Positions 48,995 to 62,570 are shown, counted from the first letter of the whole stretch. The stretch is 63,920 nucleotides of DNA, filler included, from Octopus bimaculoides (GCF_001194135.2; 8 parts of 7 records of this genome joined end to end with filler, not necessarily neighbours in it), one strand, 5' to 3'. Notes: generated by a model not told the origin, from the letters alone. Numbers and translations are program-made.

Positions 48995-51164
48995 TATAAT
49001 GTATACGCATGTATGTACATAAATATAAAGTCGATAATTCATTCGTTCTCTTGCAACTCGGAGTTTCACTTGTTCGAATAAAGACTGAACGAACGCATTA
49101 CACGAAACATCACATTGCTGAGGAATATATCATTTGACTTAATACTAATAAATGTATCATTATAAAAGCCGGATGACATTTCTGTATGTATTGAGCATTC
49201 GTTTTCTCGTTTGCAAGAAATGCACCCCCACACACATATACACATAGCCATAAACCAAGAGCGAAAGGAGTTGGTATACAATTGGTTTAATAAAAAGCTT
49301 TCTCTCTGCTGAAAGGCACATGGATAGAGTAAAACCTTGTATAACGTGATGATTCATTTTGCTAATTAGCACGTTAAGCAATGTTTTCCTGATAAATGAC
49401 AAACTATATAGGGCTCACTGAACAGCTCCTTAAAGGACGTCCTCACAAGCACAAAAGCTAATCCTCTCACTAACACGTGGAAAACACTACACTTTCTAAA
49501 TATGTTAGGAGACCAAGAAATAAAGAAAACGATACCAGCAGTAAATGGATAATGCTAGATAAAGCCTTAACTTTTAAAAATGGATCACTGAAGGTTGTGC
49601 CTCACCAAGTAACGTTATAATGTTTCACCAGCCTGTTATGATTGAAAAGAAAAGGCATTAGCTTATTTATTCATGCAGACACAAGCTCTAGTTCCTCCTG
49701 ATTAAGTATAAAACAGATGCTCTGGAGTCACATTTTCAGTTGATGTCAGAGGTCACATAATTAAAATCATTACAAATCATGAGTATTTCATGGACACTGG
49801 TGTCCTTCACACTAACATCAGGCAGAATCAACATAATGCAGTGTGTTAGAAGCCTCGTCAATTTAACTACAAGTTTCCATACATTTTTCATTCATCGTAT
49901 TTCACTCACAAAACGTATAATCGATTAGATTGTCGTCTCCATTGCACAAGACATTAAACAAGCGCATTGAAAAACCTTGAAATTTTTGATGCAGAGTTTC
50001 AAAACATGACTATCAAACCGAAATAAACTCTCAACAAACTGCATTAAATATGCATAAGAAAATATATCTCAATACATACCATGCGACAAAACTCATAGCA
50101 GTTTAAATATAAACTCAATAAGAGTGCTTAGCTAAACTGAAAATGTACTACATTGAATGACTACAAAGATAATTACACAGCAAAGTCTAATTGCAGGCTG
50201 ATAAATTTTGTGAAGAGTGAACTTGTAGTCAGCAAGCATATGCTACAAAAGTAGGAAAAGTTACTAACTTGCAGCACTAGAAAACAACAATACAATTGCT
50301 GACTTGAGAACGCAAACAGATAAAAGCTCACCTTATTCGACATTGTGGAATTTTATCTGTCAATTTCCAAAGTCTTCTCAATGGAATTCGGAAGAAAATA
50401 CAGTACCATTAATAACAACAACATCGAGATATTATCACATATTTGTAAATCCCTGCTTTCCGATAAGGACTGCAGCAAATGAAAATTACTAATGATTTAT
50501 TTAATGCCCGAATGATACATTCGAGAAAGCTGAAATATGCCGAATAGTTGGAGCAAAAACAGTAGCTATCCATATAAGAAGGAAAAAATTCAATATACCC
50601 TCCAATATTGCAATCCTCAACAAAGCTTCTAGTTATTATTACAATATTACTTTTGGGAAAATAAAGAGTAAAATAAAATTCTAATTCAAGCAATAGCAGT
50701 AATGAAAAATACATAAAAAACTCATCATCTGGTTTAATCCCCTCAAAGATGTAAAACCAAATATAGCGAGACAATTCTGTTTCCTACATAGAAAAAGCAC
50801 TTCGCAACTAATTATAAGTACCACGAAGCGTTAAAAAAAAAAAGCAGTCATATTACAGTTGAAAGAATGATATATTAATGTGCAGTTTTTGTGGTCTAGT
50901 CCGAACATTCGAAAAGCCGACTTTAGTTGTAAGATAAAATAGATACGTATAACACCTTAAACAATTCGTTATCAGCTAGTTGATCATATACAGTAAGTCT
51001 TACACAAATTGTACAAAACATTACATACCAGTTTCGGTAAAATGCCATATTATAACAAAAAAAACAACAAATATCTTAAACTGTAAGACCGAGATTTATC
51101 AAAATGCCGCCACGAAAACAAATTCTATCACACAAAATACAATAAAGAAAGAAAACCTCACAAT

Positions 51165-51188
51165 AACAGCAGCAGCGGCAGTAGCAGC

Positions 51189-51219
<31 letters not shown>

Positions 51220-51220
51220 A

Positions 51221-51273
<53 letters not shown>

Positions 51274-51524
51274 AATGTAAGTAACAATGACAACTACAAT
51301 CCTTTATTGTGGTTGTTATTTACTCCCAGGCCAGCACTGATCGAGCCAGACCACCATCAAAGTTGTTCCGTTCATGACCATACCATGCCATATTTTTCTC
51401 TAGGGAACTTTGGTTGTTATGTCTAGCAGATCATGCTACAAGGTAGAGGCTCCTTCGTTGCTTTATTTAATATTTTGTATTGGACACTGATAGGAGTGCA
51501 CGGGGACACAACACAACACAACTC

Positions 51525-51562
<38 letters not shown>

Positions 51563-51994
51563 ATAAAACAGCAACAGAAAGTATTTCAGCAAAAACTGTT
51601 TGACTCACTATTATTGCACGCATCTCTACCAGTAGCNNNNNNNNNNNNNNNNNNNNNNNNNNNNNNNNNNNNGCCCTATAACGATCAGTTGACCCACCGG
51701 TGCCAGCGTCAGCCCTTGCTCCATCACTAACTAGATGCACCGCCGTTCTAATAACAACAAAAAATCTCCACTACTACTACTACTACTACTACTACTATTA
51801 CTACTACTACTGCCGCTGCTGCTGCTGCTGCTACTACTACTACTACAACTAGTACTACTACTATAGTGACTACTACAACTATTACTACTACAGTTACTAC
51901 AAGTCCATACTACTACTACTGCAACTGCTGCTGCTGCTACTACTACTTCTACTACTACTGCTACTTCAGCTACTGCAGCTGCTGCTACTACTAT

Positions 51995-52037
<43 letters not shown>

Positions 52038-52156
52038 GCAGCTGCTGCTGCTGCTACTACTTCTACTACTACTACTACTACTGCAGCTGCTGCTGCTGCT
52101 ACTACTACTTCTACTACTACTGCTACTGCAGCTACTGCAGCTGCTGCTACTACTAT

Positions 52157-52211
<55 letters not shown>

Positions 52212-52294
52212 GCAGCTGCTGCTGCTGNNNNNNNNNNTACTACTACTTCTACTACTACTGCTACTGCAGCTACTGCAGCTGCTGCTACTACTAT

Positions 52295-52349
<55 letters not shown>

Positions 52350-52400
52350 GCAGCTGCTGCTGCTGCTGCTACTACTACCACTACCACTACTACTAATGCT
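51165..52400. repeat. (GCA)n/(GTA)n and interleaved (TAC)n/(TGC)n trinucleotide arrays
   Basis: Direct reading; a higher-order unit recurs between ~51935 and 52370. Confidence 0.93.
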
Positions 52401-52661
52401 GCTGCTGCTACTGCTATTATTACTGCCAACACCCCTAATACCATTACCAGCACAGCAATTACGATAACCACAATCAGTGTCGCTACGGAAGCAACACTAC
52501 AACCCCACTCTCTTACCACCGCAATTATGATCATCATCAACGTCCATCACCACCGCCACCATCACGGCCAGCTGTAGCAATATAATCACCAATAATCACC
52601 AAGAATAGCAGAAATAAAAAACAAAAGAAGAAAAGGAAGGAAGTGCTGGCGATGAAACGTT

Positions 52662-52692
52662 GTCATGTGACTGGGTGACGTCAGCCAATCAA
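52662..52692 (+). promoter_or_regulatory. Compact motif cluster: M-box/CLEAR-like, CRE, NF-Y CCAAT
   Basis: GTCATGTGAC (52662-52671), TGACGTCA (52676-52683) and AGCCAATCA (52683-52691). Confidence 0.5.
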
Positions 52693-52988
52693 TAGAACGG
52701 CTGTTATTGATGTGTATCGATCCTTCGTAAAAGCGGTGTGTCAACAGCTCACCTTCATTGTAAACGGTTGGAGAGAAGGTTAAGGAGGGAGTAGAACATA
52801 GAGAGAGAGAGGGGGGGAGGCGATGAAGGAAGAGGGAAGTAGGAAGAGGGAGGGAAAGAGAGAAGGAAAGAGAGGGAGGTGGAGATGATGGAGAAGTAGC
52901 TAAGTAGATAGACGGATAGAAAAGGGTCAAGAGAGTGAGAGAAAGAATGGGAACGAGAGAAGCACGATAGGTAGACAGAGAGACAGAC

Positions 52989-53079
<91 letters not shown>

Positions 53080-53989
53080 CACAGATAGATAGCTAGATAG
53101 ATAGATAGATAGATAGCCAAAGAGAGAGCGAGGGAGAGAGCGATAAAGAAAGGGAGACAAAATTAAAGTGGGAAGTTGGGGCCAGAGTGAGAGAGTAGGA
53201 AAAAGAGAGAGGTTTATGGAGAGAGGTTTATGGAGAGAGGTGTAGACAGAGTGGTACGAGTATAACGTGTTGTGATGGCTTCCAACAAAGATATGCCAAG
53301 AAAAATGCATGTGTATTAAGTTTGTAGCTGTTGTTGATATTGATGATGGTGATAATAATGATGATGACGACGGCGACGACGACGATGATGCTGGCAGTGG
53401 TCGTCGTGGTGAATTTAATGATGATGATGATGATGATGATGATGAGGGTAGTGGTGTTGGTGACGACCACGACGATGACAATGACGATGATAATTGTGAT
53501 GATAAGAATGATGAAGATGAATAAATATATAGTGAGTGCGATTGAGAAAAAAATATTGATGACAGCGTATTACTTGGATATTACTTTGATCGATCAACGA
53601 CTATCAATGATCAGCTATGAAGATGACAGCGAAAACGGGGAGAGGAAGGAAGAGGTGGAGGGGGATGGAGGACGAGGAGAGGAAGAGCAAAACTACAAAC
53701 GAATGTAATTGAGCAAATGCCTTCTGCCGGTCAAATAAACAAACATGTCAGCGACAATGATGATAATCGTTTCTTTTACTTGCCCAAGGAGTCACGGCTA
53801 AGGGGACGGATGCGGTCTACTAAGAAATCAATGAGAGAAAACAAGAAAGAGAAAGCGAAAGTCTACGCAGTATGCTTGTTTGTATAATGTCCCCAGAGAA
53901 GGACAAACATTCTGAATCCTTAGACAAGTATCTTCTCTCAGTTCTCATTCCCAGGTAAGAGGAGATTGCTCTCAATAGCCCCATTCGCT

Positions 53990-55340
53990 TGAATCATTTT
54001 ATCCATCTTATAGTCGGCTGTGGCCGCCTAACAACATTTTTGATTCCACTCACCTTAAAAATAAAAAAAATGATGCTCCACTCACCTTGTCTTGGTTTTT
54101 GCTTAACTCAGGACTGCAGCTCTGTCACAAAGACGACCTGTGGCAAACATAGCCGGCAAAGAGCGAACATATTCAGTTACCGTCCAAGAATTTCTACAGA
54201 TGAGGTAGCATCAGTACATTTCTGCACAGCTTCAGATACGAGGTACCAAGCCCACCATGCAGGAAGTGTTGCCAGCAAATAGGCTGCCTGATAAGTAAAA
54301 CGCTTCTTTTGCACAAGAAATGAATGATCAGAGTTCATATATTAACAGATTAAAACCGGGTCAAAGTACGACAGTCAGGCGATAATATATAACAGAGACT
54401 AAGTACCAGTTTTCTGTTTGCTGTTTGCTCTGTATGATTTTTCTGGGGTAACTTCTTTTCAGTTCATTCCTCGGTGAACCTAGCCATCTTGCTCGTAATC
54501 CTGTCTTTGTTAAAATTCACCTAAAGACCCTGACTAAACTTCAAGCAACATAACTATCTGACATTCCAGTACCCTACGACGCTGGTCATCCGCATGGACT
54601 TGATCACTAGGTGCCAAGCTACAAGCCAATCGATTGTCCATGTTAATCCTTGGGACTGTCATCGCCTTGTATTTCTTTAGAACGGTGCTCACGATCTTGA
54701 CTTTTTGTGGTGTCCGATGTTTTTTACTGTAACATCACCATGTGCTGATACGACTCTCCCTCATCCCAGTTAGAACGGGATGCGCTTCAACATCTTCCTT
54801 TATTGCAACAATAGTTCCAAAGGTAGTACATGCAAAAGAGATGACAGATTTCCACTATTTCTCCATCCTTCATTAAACAGCACTACCATTTCCTGCTCAC
54901 AAATGACCAGAAAAACTAAGCGACCTGTGCCGCGTACAATCATTTACAGTCAACCGTGTCTCATCTAAAGTTATCGGCTTTCCGCAGGATTCAGTATTTA
55001 TTGCTAAAAAATCTTCTCCGTCCTTAGTTCACTGCTCACCACGATCAGCTCAGAAAAGTGTCGCAGGAAAGTTCTACACATCTGCTTGGAATCGAGCAGC
55101 ACACGTTCAAGATCCGACACAAACTGAATTATAATTTTCATGCATCGTCGCGCCTGTGGTTCTCGGATCCATCGAATGGCTTTCGTTCCATCGTGTCCAA
55201 GAGTATGCTCTTCAGCTCCAAAACTGTGCCCTTTTTGTTTATCATTGTAGGGAAGTACTATTTATCAATAGTAAAGTACTATTCTCGCCACAAGTATGTC
55301 AGTGGTAATCCCTTTCTCAATGGCCTCGTCTTATTTTCCC
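53990..55340 (-). mobile_element. Heavily decayed L1/Tx1-clade LINE
   Basis: Minus-strand peptides CGKPITLDE...DCTRHRS, VHADD, and FHFLCKRSVLLIRQPICWQHFLHGGLG...LPHL*KFLDG. Confidence 0.62.
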
Positions 55341-55389
55341 ATTAGCTGTCTTTCTGTAAACAACAACAACAAAAACAACTACAACTACG

Positions 55390-55860
55390 ACTACAACAAC
55401 AATAGCAACAATCCTTTCTACTATGGGCACAAGGCTTGAAATTTTGGCGGAGTGGGTCAGTCGATTTGATCGAAACCAGTACGCAACTGGTACTTAATAT
55501 ATCGATCGCGAAAGGATGAAAGACAAAGTCGACCTTGACGGAATTTGAACTCAGAACGTAAAGACGGATAAAATTCTTATTTCTTATTTCTTTATTGCCC
55601 ACAAGGGGCTAAGCACAGAGGGAACAAACAAGGACAGACAAAGGTATTAAGTCGATTATATCGACTCCAGTGCGTAACTGGTACTTAATTTATCGACCCT
55701 GAAAGGATGAAAGGCAAAGTCGACCTCGGCGGAATTTGAACTCAGAACGTAACGGCAGACGAAATACCGCTAAGCATTTCGTCTGGCGTGCTAACGTTTC
55801 TGCCAGCTCGCCGCCAAGCATTTCGCCCGGTATGCTAACAATTCTGTCAGCTCGCCGCCT
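55390..55860 (-). mobile_element. Cluster of family C SINEs including a tandemly duplicated head
   Basis: Two bodies (55390-55570, 55575-55815) plus a repeated AAGCATTTCG...CAGCTCGCCGCC at ~55816-55860. Confidence 0.88.
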
Positions 55861-55891
55861 TAACAATAATAATAATAACAACGACGACGAC

Positions 55892-55922
<31 letters not shown>

Positions 55923-55959
55923 TTGATGATGATGACGATGATGATGATGTTGATGATGT

Positions 55960-56020
<61 letters not shown>

Positions 56021-56054
56021 GGTGGTGGTGGTGGTGATATGAAAAAACTCAGTC

Positions 56055-57020
56055 AGAGAGCAAATGTAGGAAAAGAAACGAAAGTATTAATCTTCTCTTG
56101 AATGAATGCAGTAAGCTTGCACAAAAAGAGTATAATAGCAAGCATGACCGTGTAAGTACGAGTGTATTGGGATGTTAGCCGAATATGTGACTTCGAAATA
56201 ACAAGAAAGTGATATGAACACGAAATTGAGGTTGTGATAAAACAAATGAAAATTATAGGATCTTACTCGACTTCCCCATAAAGACTGACCATACTGTTGA
56301 AGCAAGAATACCAGATATGATTGTTGTTGGCACTCCATCGCTTACGACGTCGAGGGTTCCAGTTGATCCGATCAACGGAACAGCCTGCTCGTGAAATTAA
56401 CGTGCAAATGGCTGAGCACTCCACAGACACGTGTACCCTTAACGTATTTCTCGGAGATATTCAGCGTGACACAGTGTGACAAGGCTGACCCTTTGAATTA
56501 CAGGCACAACAGAAACAGGAAGTAAGAGTGAGAGAAAGTTGTGGTGGAAGAGTAGAGCAGGGTTCGCCACCATCCCCTGCCGGAGCCTCATGGAGATTTA
56601 GGTGTTTTCGCTCAATAAACACTCACAACGCCCGGTCTGGGAATCGAAACCGCGATCCTATGACCGCGAGTCCGCTGCCGTAACCACTAGGCGATTGCGT
56701 CTTCACACCAGATATGATTATAGAGGTTAAAATAAACAACCAGTCTAAGAACAGACTTTGGAATACCATACGTAAACAGAGTGGACACCAAAGAAATTGG
56801 AAAAAAGTGAGAAGTATCAGGACGTAACCAGAGAGTTCAAGAAAGTGGAAGACGAAGACACCAATTATCCCTGATGTAATTGGTGCATTCGGTACAAAGC
56901 TAAACTACTACCCGAGAGATTGAAAGATATTGGAATTGAGACTTGCATTGTCGAAGCTGCAGAAAAGTGTCATCCTGTATTCTAGAAGAATCCTAAGAAA
57001 GAATTTTTAGATTTGATGAA
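56055..57020 (+). mobile_element. R4/Dong-like REL-domain remnant split by a SINE
   Basis: NECSKLAQKEYNSKHDRV...DFPIKTDHTVEARIPDMI | ...EKYQDV...VIGAFGT...LQKSVILYSRRILRK. Confidence 0.8.
56323..56706 (-). mobile_element. Full-length tRNA-derived SINE (head type 1, tail X) with 13-bp TSD
   Basis: TSD ACCAGATATGATT at 56310-56322 and 56707-56719; head GCCTAGTGGTTACGG...GGTTTCGATTCCC; (CAA)n tail. Confidence 0.95.
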
Positions 57021-57102
57021 ACTAGTTATTACCAAACCGAAAAATAATGTCCCCGTTAGTTAATAGCACGTAACAGATTTGGAATCAATGATAATAATAA
57101 AA

Positions 57103-57610
57103 ATGCCTTGATGAAGTACCAGGCAGTGGTTGTCATGGTTTCTGATCTTTACTGATTGGAAATGTTATCATGTCCATGTTATGTCTTGGTTTAAAAGACG
57201 GGCTACGGTAAATATTCAATTGAGCATATCCCTCAGTGACTGACGACATGCGCATCTCTGGCCCCCAGCAGAAGTAGTAGAGAAGCATCATAGCCACGTA
57301 TTAAGAGGAATTCTTTGAATAATTCACCTCTGGAAACATGGTAGCTTCGTTCATCACCCTTAAACAATCCTCATTCACGGACCTTTTCACCCGAAGAAAA
57401 TTCTAGCAAGGCTCCCCACCGCCACCTACAAGGTAATGCGTTGTTCTTCTTAAAATGGAATCACCATGTCGTGCACATGTAGTTGTAATGCATGTGCTTC
57501 ATATATTCTGATCAAACGGGTAGGCAGGATGGGTAGATTTGGCTTCGTATATTCGTACCTGAGTGTTACTTTTATGGCAAACGCTGCTCCCTCACTCAAT
57601 AATAATGATA
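57103..57610 (+). mobile_element. Family F interspersed repeat, near full length
   Basis: Homologous to 32805-33160; ends CTCACTCAATAATAAT and runs into (GAT)n. Confidence 0.8.
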
Positions 57611-57696
<86 letters not shown>

Positions 57697-58194
57697 AACG
57701 ACGACGATGATGATGATGATGGGGACGACGATGATGATGATGACGATGATGATGGTGATGAAATGATGATGATGATGGTGATGATATGATGATGATGATG
57801 ATGATGGGGACGACGATGATGGTGGTGGTGGTTGTGGTGTTGATGATGACGATGTTGACGACGACGATGAAGACGATGACGAAGATCATGATGATGATGG
57901 TGATGATGATGACGTTGACGACGACAACGACGACGATGATGATGGTGATGATGATAACCTCGACGATAACGACGACGACGGCGACGATGGTGATGACGAT
58001 GATGATGATGATGATGATGAGGGTGGTGATGATGATGAGGGTGGTGATGATGTTGCTGATGACAATGATGGTAGTGACGGTGTTAGCAATCGTGATAGTG
58101 AGGATGATGAGAAGGAAGAGGAGGAAGAGGGAGGACGAAAACAATAGTGGACATCGATTAGGATAATAACGATGTTGCTGCCGCTGCTGTCGCC

Positions 58195-58225
<31 letters not shown>

Positions 58226-58309
58226 TAGATGTTTTTTCGTGCCTTTGATCGTCTTGATGACGATGATGATGTTAATAACGATGATAAAGTTGATATTGAT
58301 GTTGTTGAT

Positions 58310-58341
<32 letters not shown>

Positions 58342-58372
58342 CGACGACGACGACGACGATGATGAATGATGA

Positions 58373-58419
<47 letters not shown>

Positions 58420-58522
58420 TGATGATGATGATGGTGGTGGTGGTGACGATCAGGACAACGACGGCGATAACGACGACAGGTCTCAATAACAAATGACAAT
58501 GGAAGCAAGCGACGGCGATAGC

Positions 58523-58568
<46 letters not shown>

Positions 58569-60539
58569 TCAATAATGAAAGGAAGCGAAACAATGGACAT
58601 AGAATAGGTTTATGATGTAATAATCATAATTCACTGGATTGAAAAGACTAACTCCTGGTATGAGAAACACACACATACACACGTACACACACATACGTAT
58701 ATATACAGATAAACACATACACATATACACATACATATATATATACAGATAAACACATGCACATATATACATACATATATATACAGATACACACATACAC
58801 ATATATACATACATATATATACAGATACACACATACACATATATACATACATATATATACAGATACACACATACACACATATACACATACATGTATATAT
58901 ATACAGATAAACACATGCACATATATACATACATACAGATACACATACATATACACAGATACACATATGCACACATATGCACATACACGCGCACCACGCT
59001 CACATGTACACGCACAAACACATGCATTCACACATGCACATGATTTAACAAGATCAAAGACGCCGAAAAACTGTTGCTGATGGATTGATTTTTTTCGATA
59101 ATGAACTGATGGGTAAATTTGTCTGCTTACTTTACGTTTGCTTTTCTTATTTTTCCTTTTCTTTTCTTTTTTTTTTGTTTTTGTTTTTGTTTTCATCAAT
59201 ACCACTGCCATCAATACTCCTAGCACCACCACCACTATCGCCAACGCCGCTAGTAGCAGCAGAAGCAGCAGTAGCAGCAGCAGTAGCATCTCCACCACTG
59301 TCGCCGCCACCACCAACAAACACCACCACCAACAAACACCACCACCACCACCACCACNNNNNNNNNNNNNNNNNNNNNNNNNNNNNNNNNNNNNNNNNNN
59401 NNNNNNNNNNNNNNNNNNNNNNNNNNNNNNNNNNNNNNNNNNNNNNNNNNNNNNNNNNNNNNNNNNNNNNNNNNNNNNNNNNNNNNNNNNNNNNNNNNNN
59501 NNNNNNNNNNNNNNNNNNNNNNNNNNNNNNNNNNNNNNNNNNNNNNNNNNNNNNNNNNNNNNNNNNNNNNNNNNNNNNNNNNNNNNNNNNNNNNNNNNNN
59601 NNNNNNNNNNNNNNNNNNNNNNNNNNNNNNNNNNNNNNNNNNNNNNNNNNNNNNNNNNNNNNNNNNNNNNNNNNNNNNNNNNNNNNNNNNNNNNNNNNNN
59701 NNNNNNNNNNNNNNNNNNNNNNNNNNNNNNNNNNNNNNNNNNNNNNNNNNNNNNNNNNNNNNNNNNNNNNNNNNNNNNNNNNNNNNNNNNNNNNNNNNNN
59801 NNNNNNNNNNNNNNNNNNNNNNNNNNNNNNNNNNNNNNNNNNNNNNNNNNNNNNNNNNNNNNNNNNNNNNNNNNNNNNNNNNNNNNNNNNNNNNNNNNNN
59901 NNNNNNNNNNNNNNNNNNNNNNNNNNNNNNNNNNNNNNNNNNNNNNNNNNNNNNNNNNNNNNNNNNNNNNNNNNNNNNNNNNNNNNNNNNNNNNNNNNNN
60001 NNNNNNNNNNNNNNNNNNNNNNNNNNNNNNNNNNNNNNNNNNNNNNNNNNNNNNNNNNNNNNNNNNNNNNNNNNNNNNNNNNNNNNNNNNNNNNNNNNNN
60101 NNNNNNNNNNNNNNNNNNNNNNNNNNNNNNNNNNNNNNNNNNNNNNNNNNNNNNNNNNNNNNNNNNNNNNNNNNNNNNNNNNNNNNNNNNNNNNNNNNNN
60201 NNNNNNNNNNNNNNNNNNNNNNNNNNNNNNNNNNNNNNNNNNNNNNNNNNNNNNNNNNNNNNNNNNNNNNNNNNNCACCACCACCACCACCACCACCACT
60301 GGTCATGGTAAATAAATAATTAGAAATAAATATGTAAAAAATAAAAAGCGAAGTATTACGTGGAGAGAATTCTGGTGGCCCGACGATTTGGAGAGTCATA
60401 AATAGGTGTAGTGGTGGGTGTGGAGACTTAAGGATTTGGCCACAATACGGGTGACAAGAAGAGGGAATCAGGTGTAAAGCAGAAGTGACGGAATGAATGT
60501 GGCACGGGACCATCCCTCTCTCAAGAGCAAAGACCGATA

Positions 60540-60860
60540 TGGTTGTGTTAGAAAAGGCAGTGAGAGGAGACAGTATGTGTACAGGCCTGAGGTTTCAGTG
60601 TTTCTTAGTGGCTTTCCTTTAGATGTAGTTTAAGGTGTCTCTGAGTACGATAGTGGCACCGTCTCAGGTCACAAAGTAACACTGCTGAGTAGATCTGACT
60701 TTGAGCTTTGTAATGGTTTAGTTGTTTGGGTGGGGATGTTGAAATATTTTCTGTATCTCAAGAGGAAGATTGATATATATCCGAGTTGCAGGCTTTATCA
60801 AGCTGAAGATATATATCAGCAAAGAGTTTCTCAGTGATGGTGAGACTTAACACTTTGACG
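60540..60860 (+). mobile_element. Possible L1/Tx1 3'-end remnant
   Basis: Weak peptide resemblance only (MVVLEKAVR..., YFLYLKRKI). Confidence 0.3.
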
Positions 60861-61554
60861 CAACCGTATGAATTCTTATTGCTTGCTATTTATGCTTTAG
60901 GTGGTCTGGTGAGATACATGAATAAACATAACGATTATATGATGTAATTTCACTCCACTCCATACAGTTTATTTTACTAACGAAGGAATTGGAACTGATT
61001 CCTGGCAAAATGGCTCATTGCCTTTCCAAAAAACAAAAAAAACAAAAAAAAACAGAAAACAAAAAATCAAACAACCAATGAATAACAAGATACGATAATG
61101 TTTTCCTATGTGCGGTAAGAGTGGATTTTTGCTTTCGACAGAGATGACCTTACCGAAGAGTGTTTAACTCCAATTGAGCCTTGTCTGAACAGATTTTAAA
61201 TCAAAGGCGCTTCAGTCATGACCATCTAGTAGTTTTGTACTTCAAGGATTGCATTATTCAACGTGGAGCTTTACTGAGAATATGTGTGTATTTATTTGTG
61301 TATAACATATTCAATAAAATAACTGTCTGGTTTAGGGAGGAAACGGGATGCATATTAGAGTTTTGGTAGTTATTGCAGTTTTCTAGTACCAGGCAGATTT
61401 AGGTTATGCTTTTATCAGATAGAGCACCAGTTTAGAACCACCGACGTTGGCTCATATTTATACAGTTAAGTGTAAGTAGCAGAAGGTCGATTTTTTTCTA
61501 GCTTTGAATAGGGCAAGTATTGTTGGCGTGTGACTTGTATGCCCCGTGTCTGTC

Positions 61555-61925
61555 TATTACCTCCATCTTAGCGAAGGCAGAGGTATCGTTTTCAGTCGTG
61601 TTTGCTTGTTTGTCCGTGGACAAGATATCTCAAGAACTGCGGGATGGATTCGGATGAAACTTCCAGGGATGTTTGGCTCGTAACTGGCACGAACTGATTA
61701 GATTTTGGGATCGATCCGGTACCGGACAAGGATTCTGGATTATTTTTTCGTTTTTTTTTTTACTTAATTTTTGAGAGTGGTTGCGTTCATTTTTAGTATT
61801 CTCGTTTGTGAGAGCAGTCGAGTTTATTCCAGATATTCTCTTATTAAAAATCATCTCTGGCTAATCATTGAGAGGACGTTGGTGTTGCTTTGGCGGAGGT
61901 TTGCGTTCTCTGAGTGCTCTTATTT
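61555..61925 (+). mobile_element. Helentron-type non-autonomous element (HINE-like), full length
   Basis: 5' TATTACCTCC, subterminal inverted partner GGCGGAGG near the 3' end, terminal hairpin GCGTTC-TCT-GAGTGC and a T-rich end. Confidence 0.72.
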
Positions 61926-62146
61926 GTATTGAAGTTAGTGAGAACGTGGCTTAATATTTTCATATCGCACGAGTGACAGCGGTGAATATAGATTTATTTT
62001 TCCGCATGATTTGCATATGATTACAGCTGTTTCGTAGCATTCGTAATCTACATAAACTGATAGCCGATTTCGAATTGGGAGCTTAATGCGAATGTCGCTA
62101 TATCCGCTGAATCCAAATTTTCTACTACTTTTCTACATATGTACAT

Positions 62147-62231
62147 ATATGAAATTAGTGTACATTTAAACACATAAGAGGTGCCCTGACAGAACACCTC
62201 TTATGTGTTTAAATGTACACTAATTTTATAT
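62147..62231. repeat. 85-nt hairpin, 37-bp stem with one G-T pair, 11-nt loop
   Basis: Arms 62147-62183 and 62195-62231; loop CCCTGACAGAA. Confidence 0.95.
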
Positions 62232-62338
62232 GAATAACATATAGTCTATTGACTATTTTCTGCATGCTAAGCCACTGGTAGAAAAGTTTCTGTAATTTTC
62301 CTACCCTGTCTATTTCTCCTAATATGTACATATATGTA

Positions 62339-62375
<37 letters not shown>

Positions 62376-62506
62376 NNNNNNNNNNNNNNNNNNNNNNNNN
62401 NNNNNNNNNNNNNNNNNNNTTAATTAATTAANNNNNNNNNNNNNNNNNNNNNNNNNNNNNNNNNNNNNNNNNNNNCTGTCTGCTTGTCTGTCCGTCTACC
62501 CGTCCG

Positions 62507-62570
<64 letters not shown>

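Noticed and set aside
50409-50774. 121-aa minus-strand ORF
   Set aside because: AT-driven F/I/Y/L composition typical of non-coding DNA; no motif or splice support.
56620-56706. tRNA-like sequence (also at 23870-23946, 30901-30975 and 45797-45870)
   Set aside because: These are SINE heads continuing into SINE bodies with TSDs; no complete cloverleaf.
58648-60513. Very long ORFs (up to 621 aa), also at 18977-19637, 31462-32465, 35625-36095 and 39811-40657
   Set aside because: Mostly N-gap read-through plus microsatellite.
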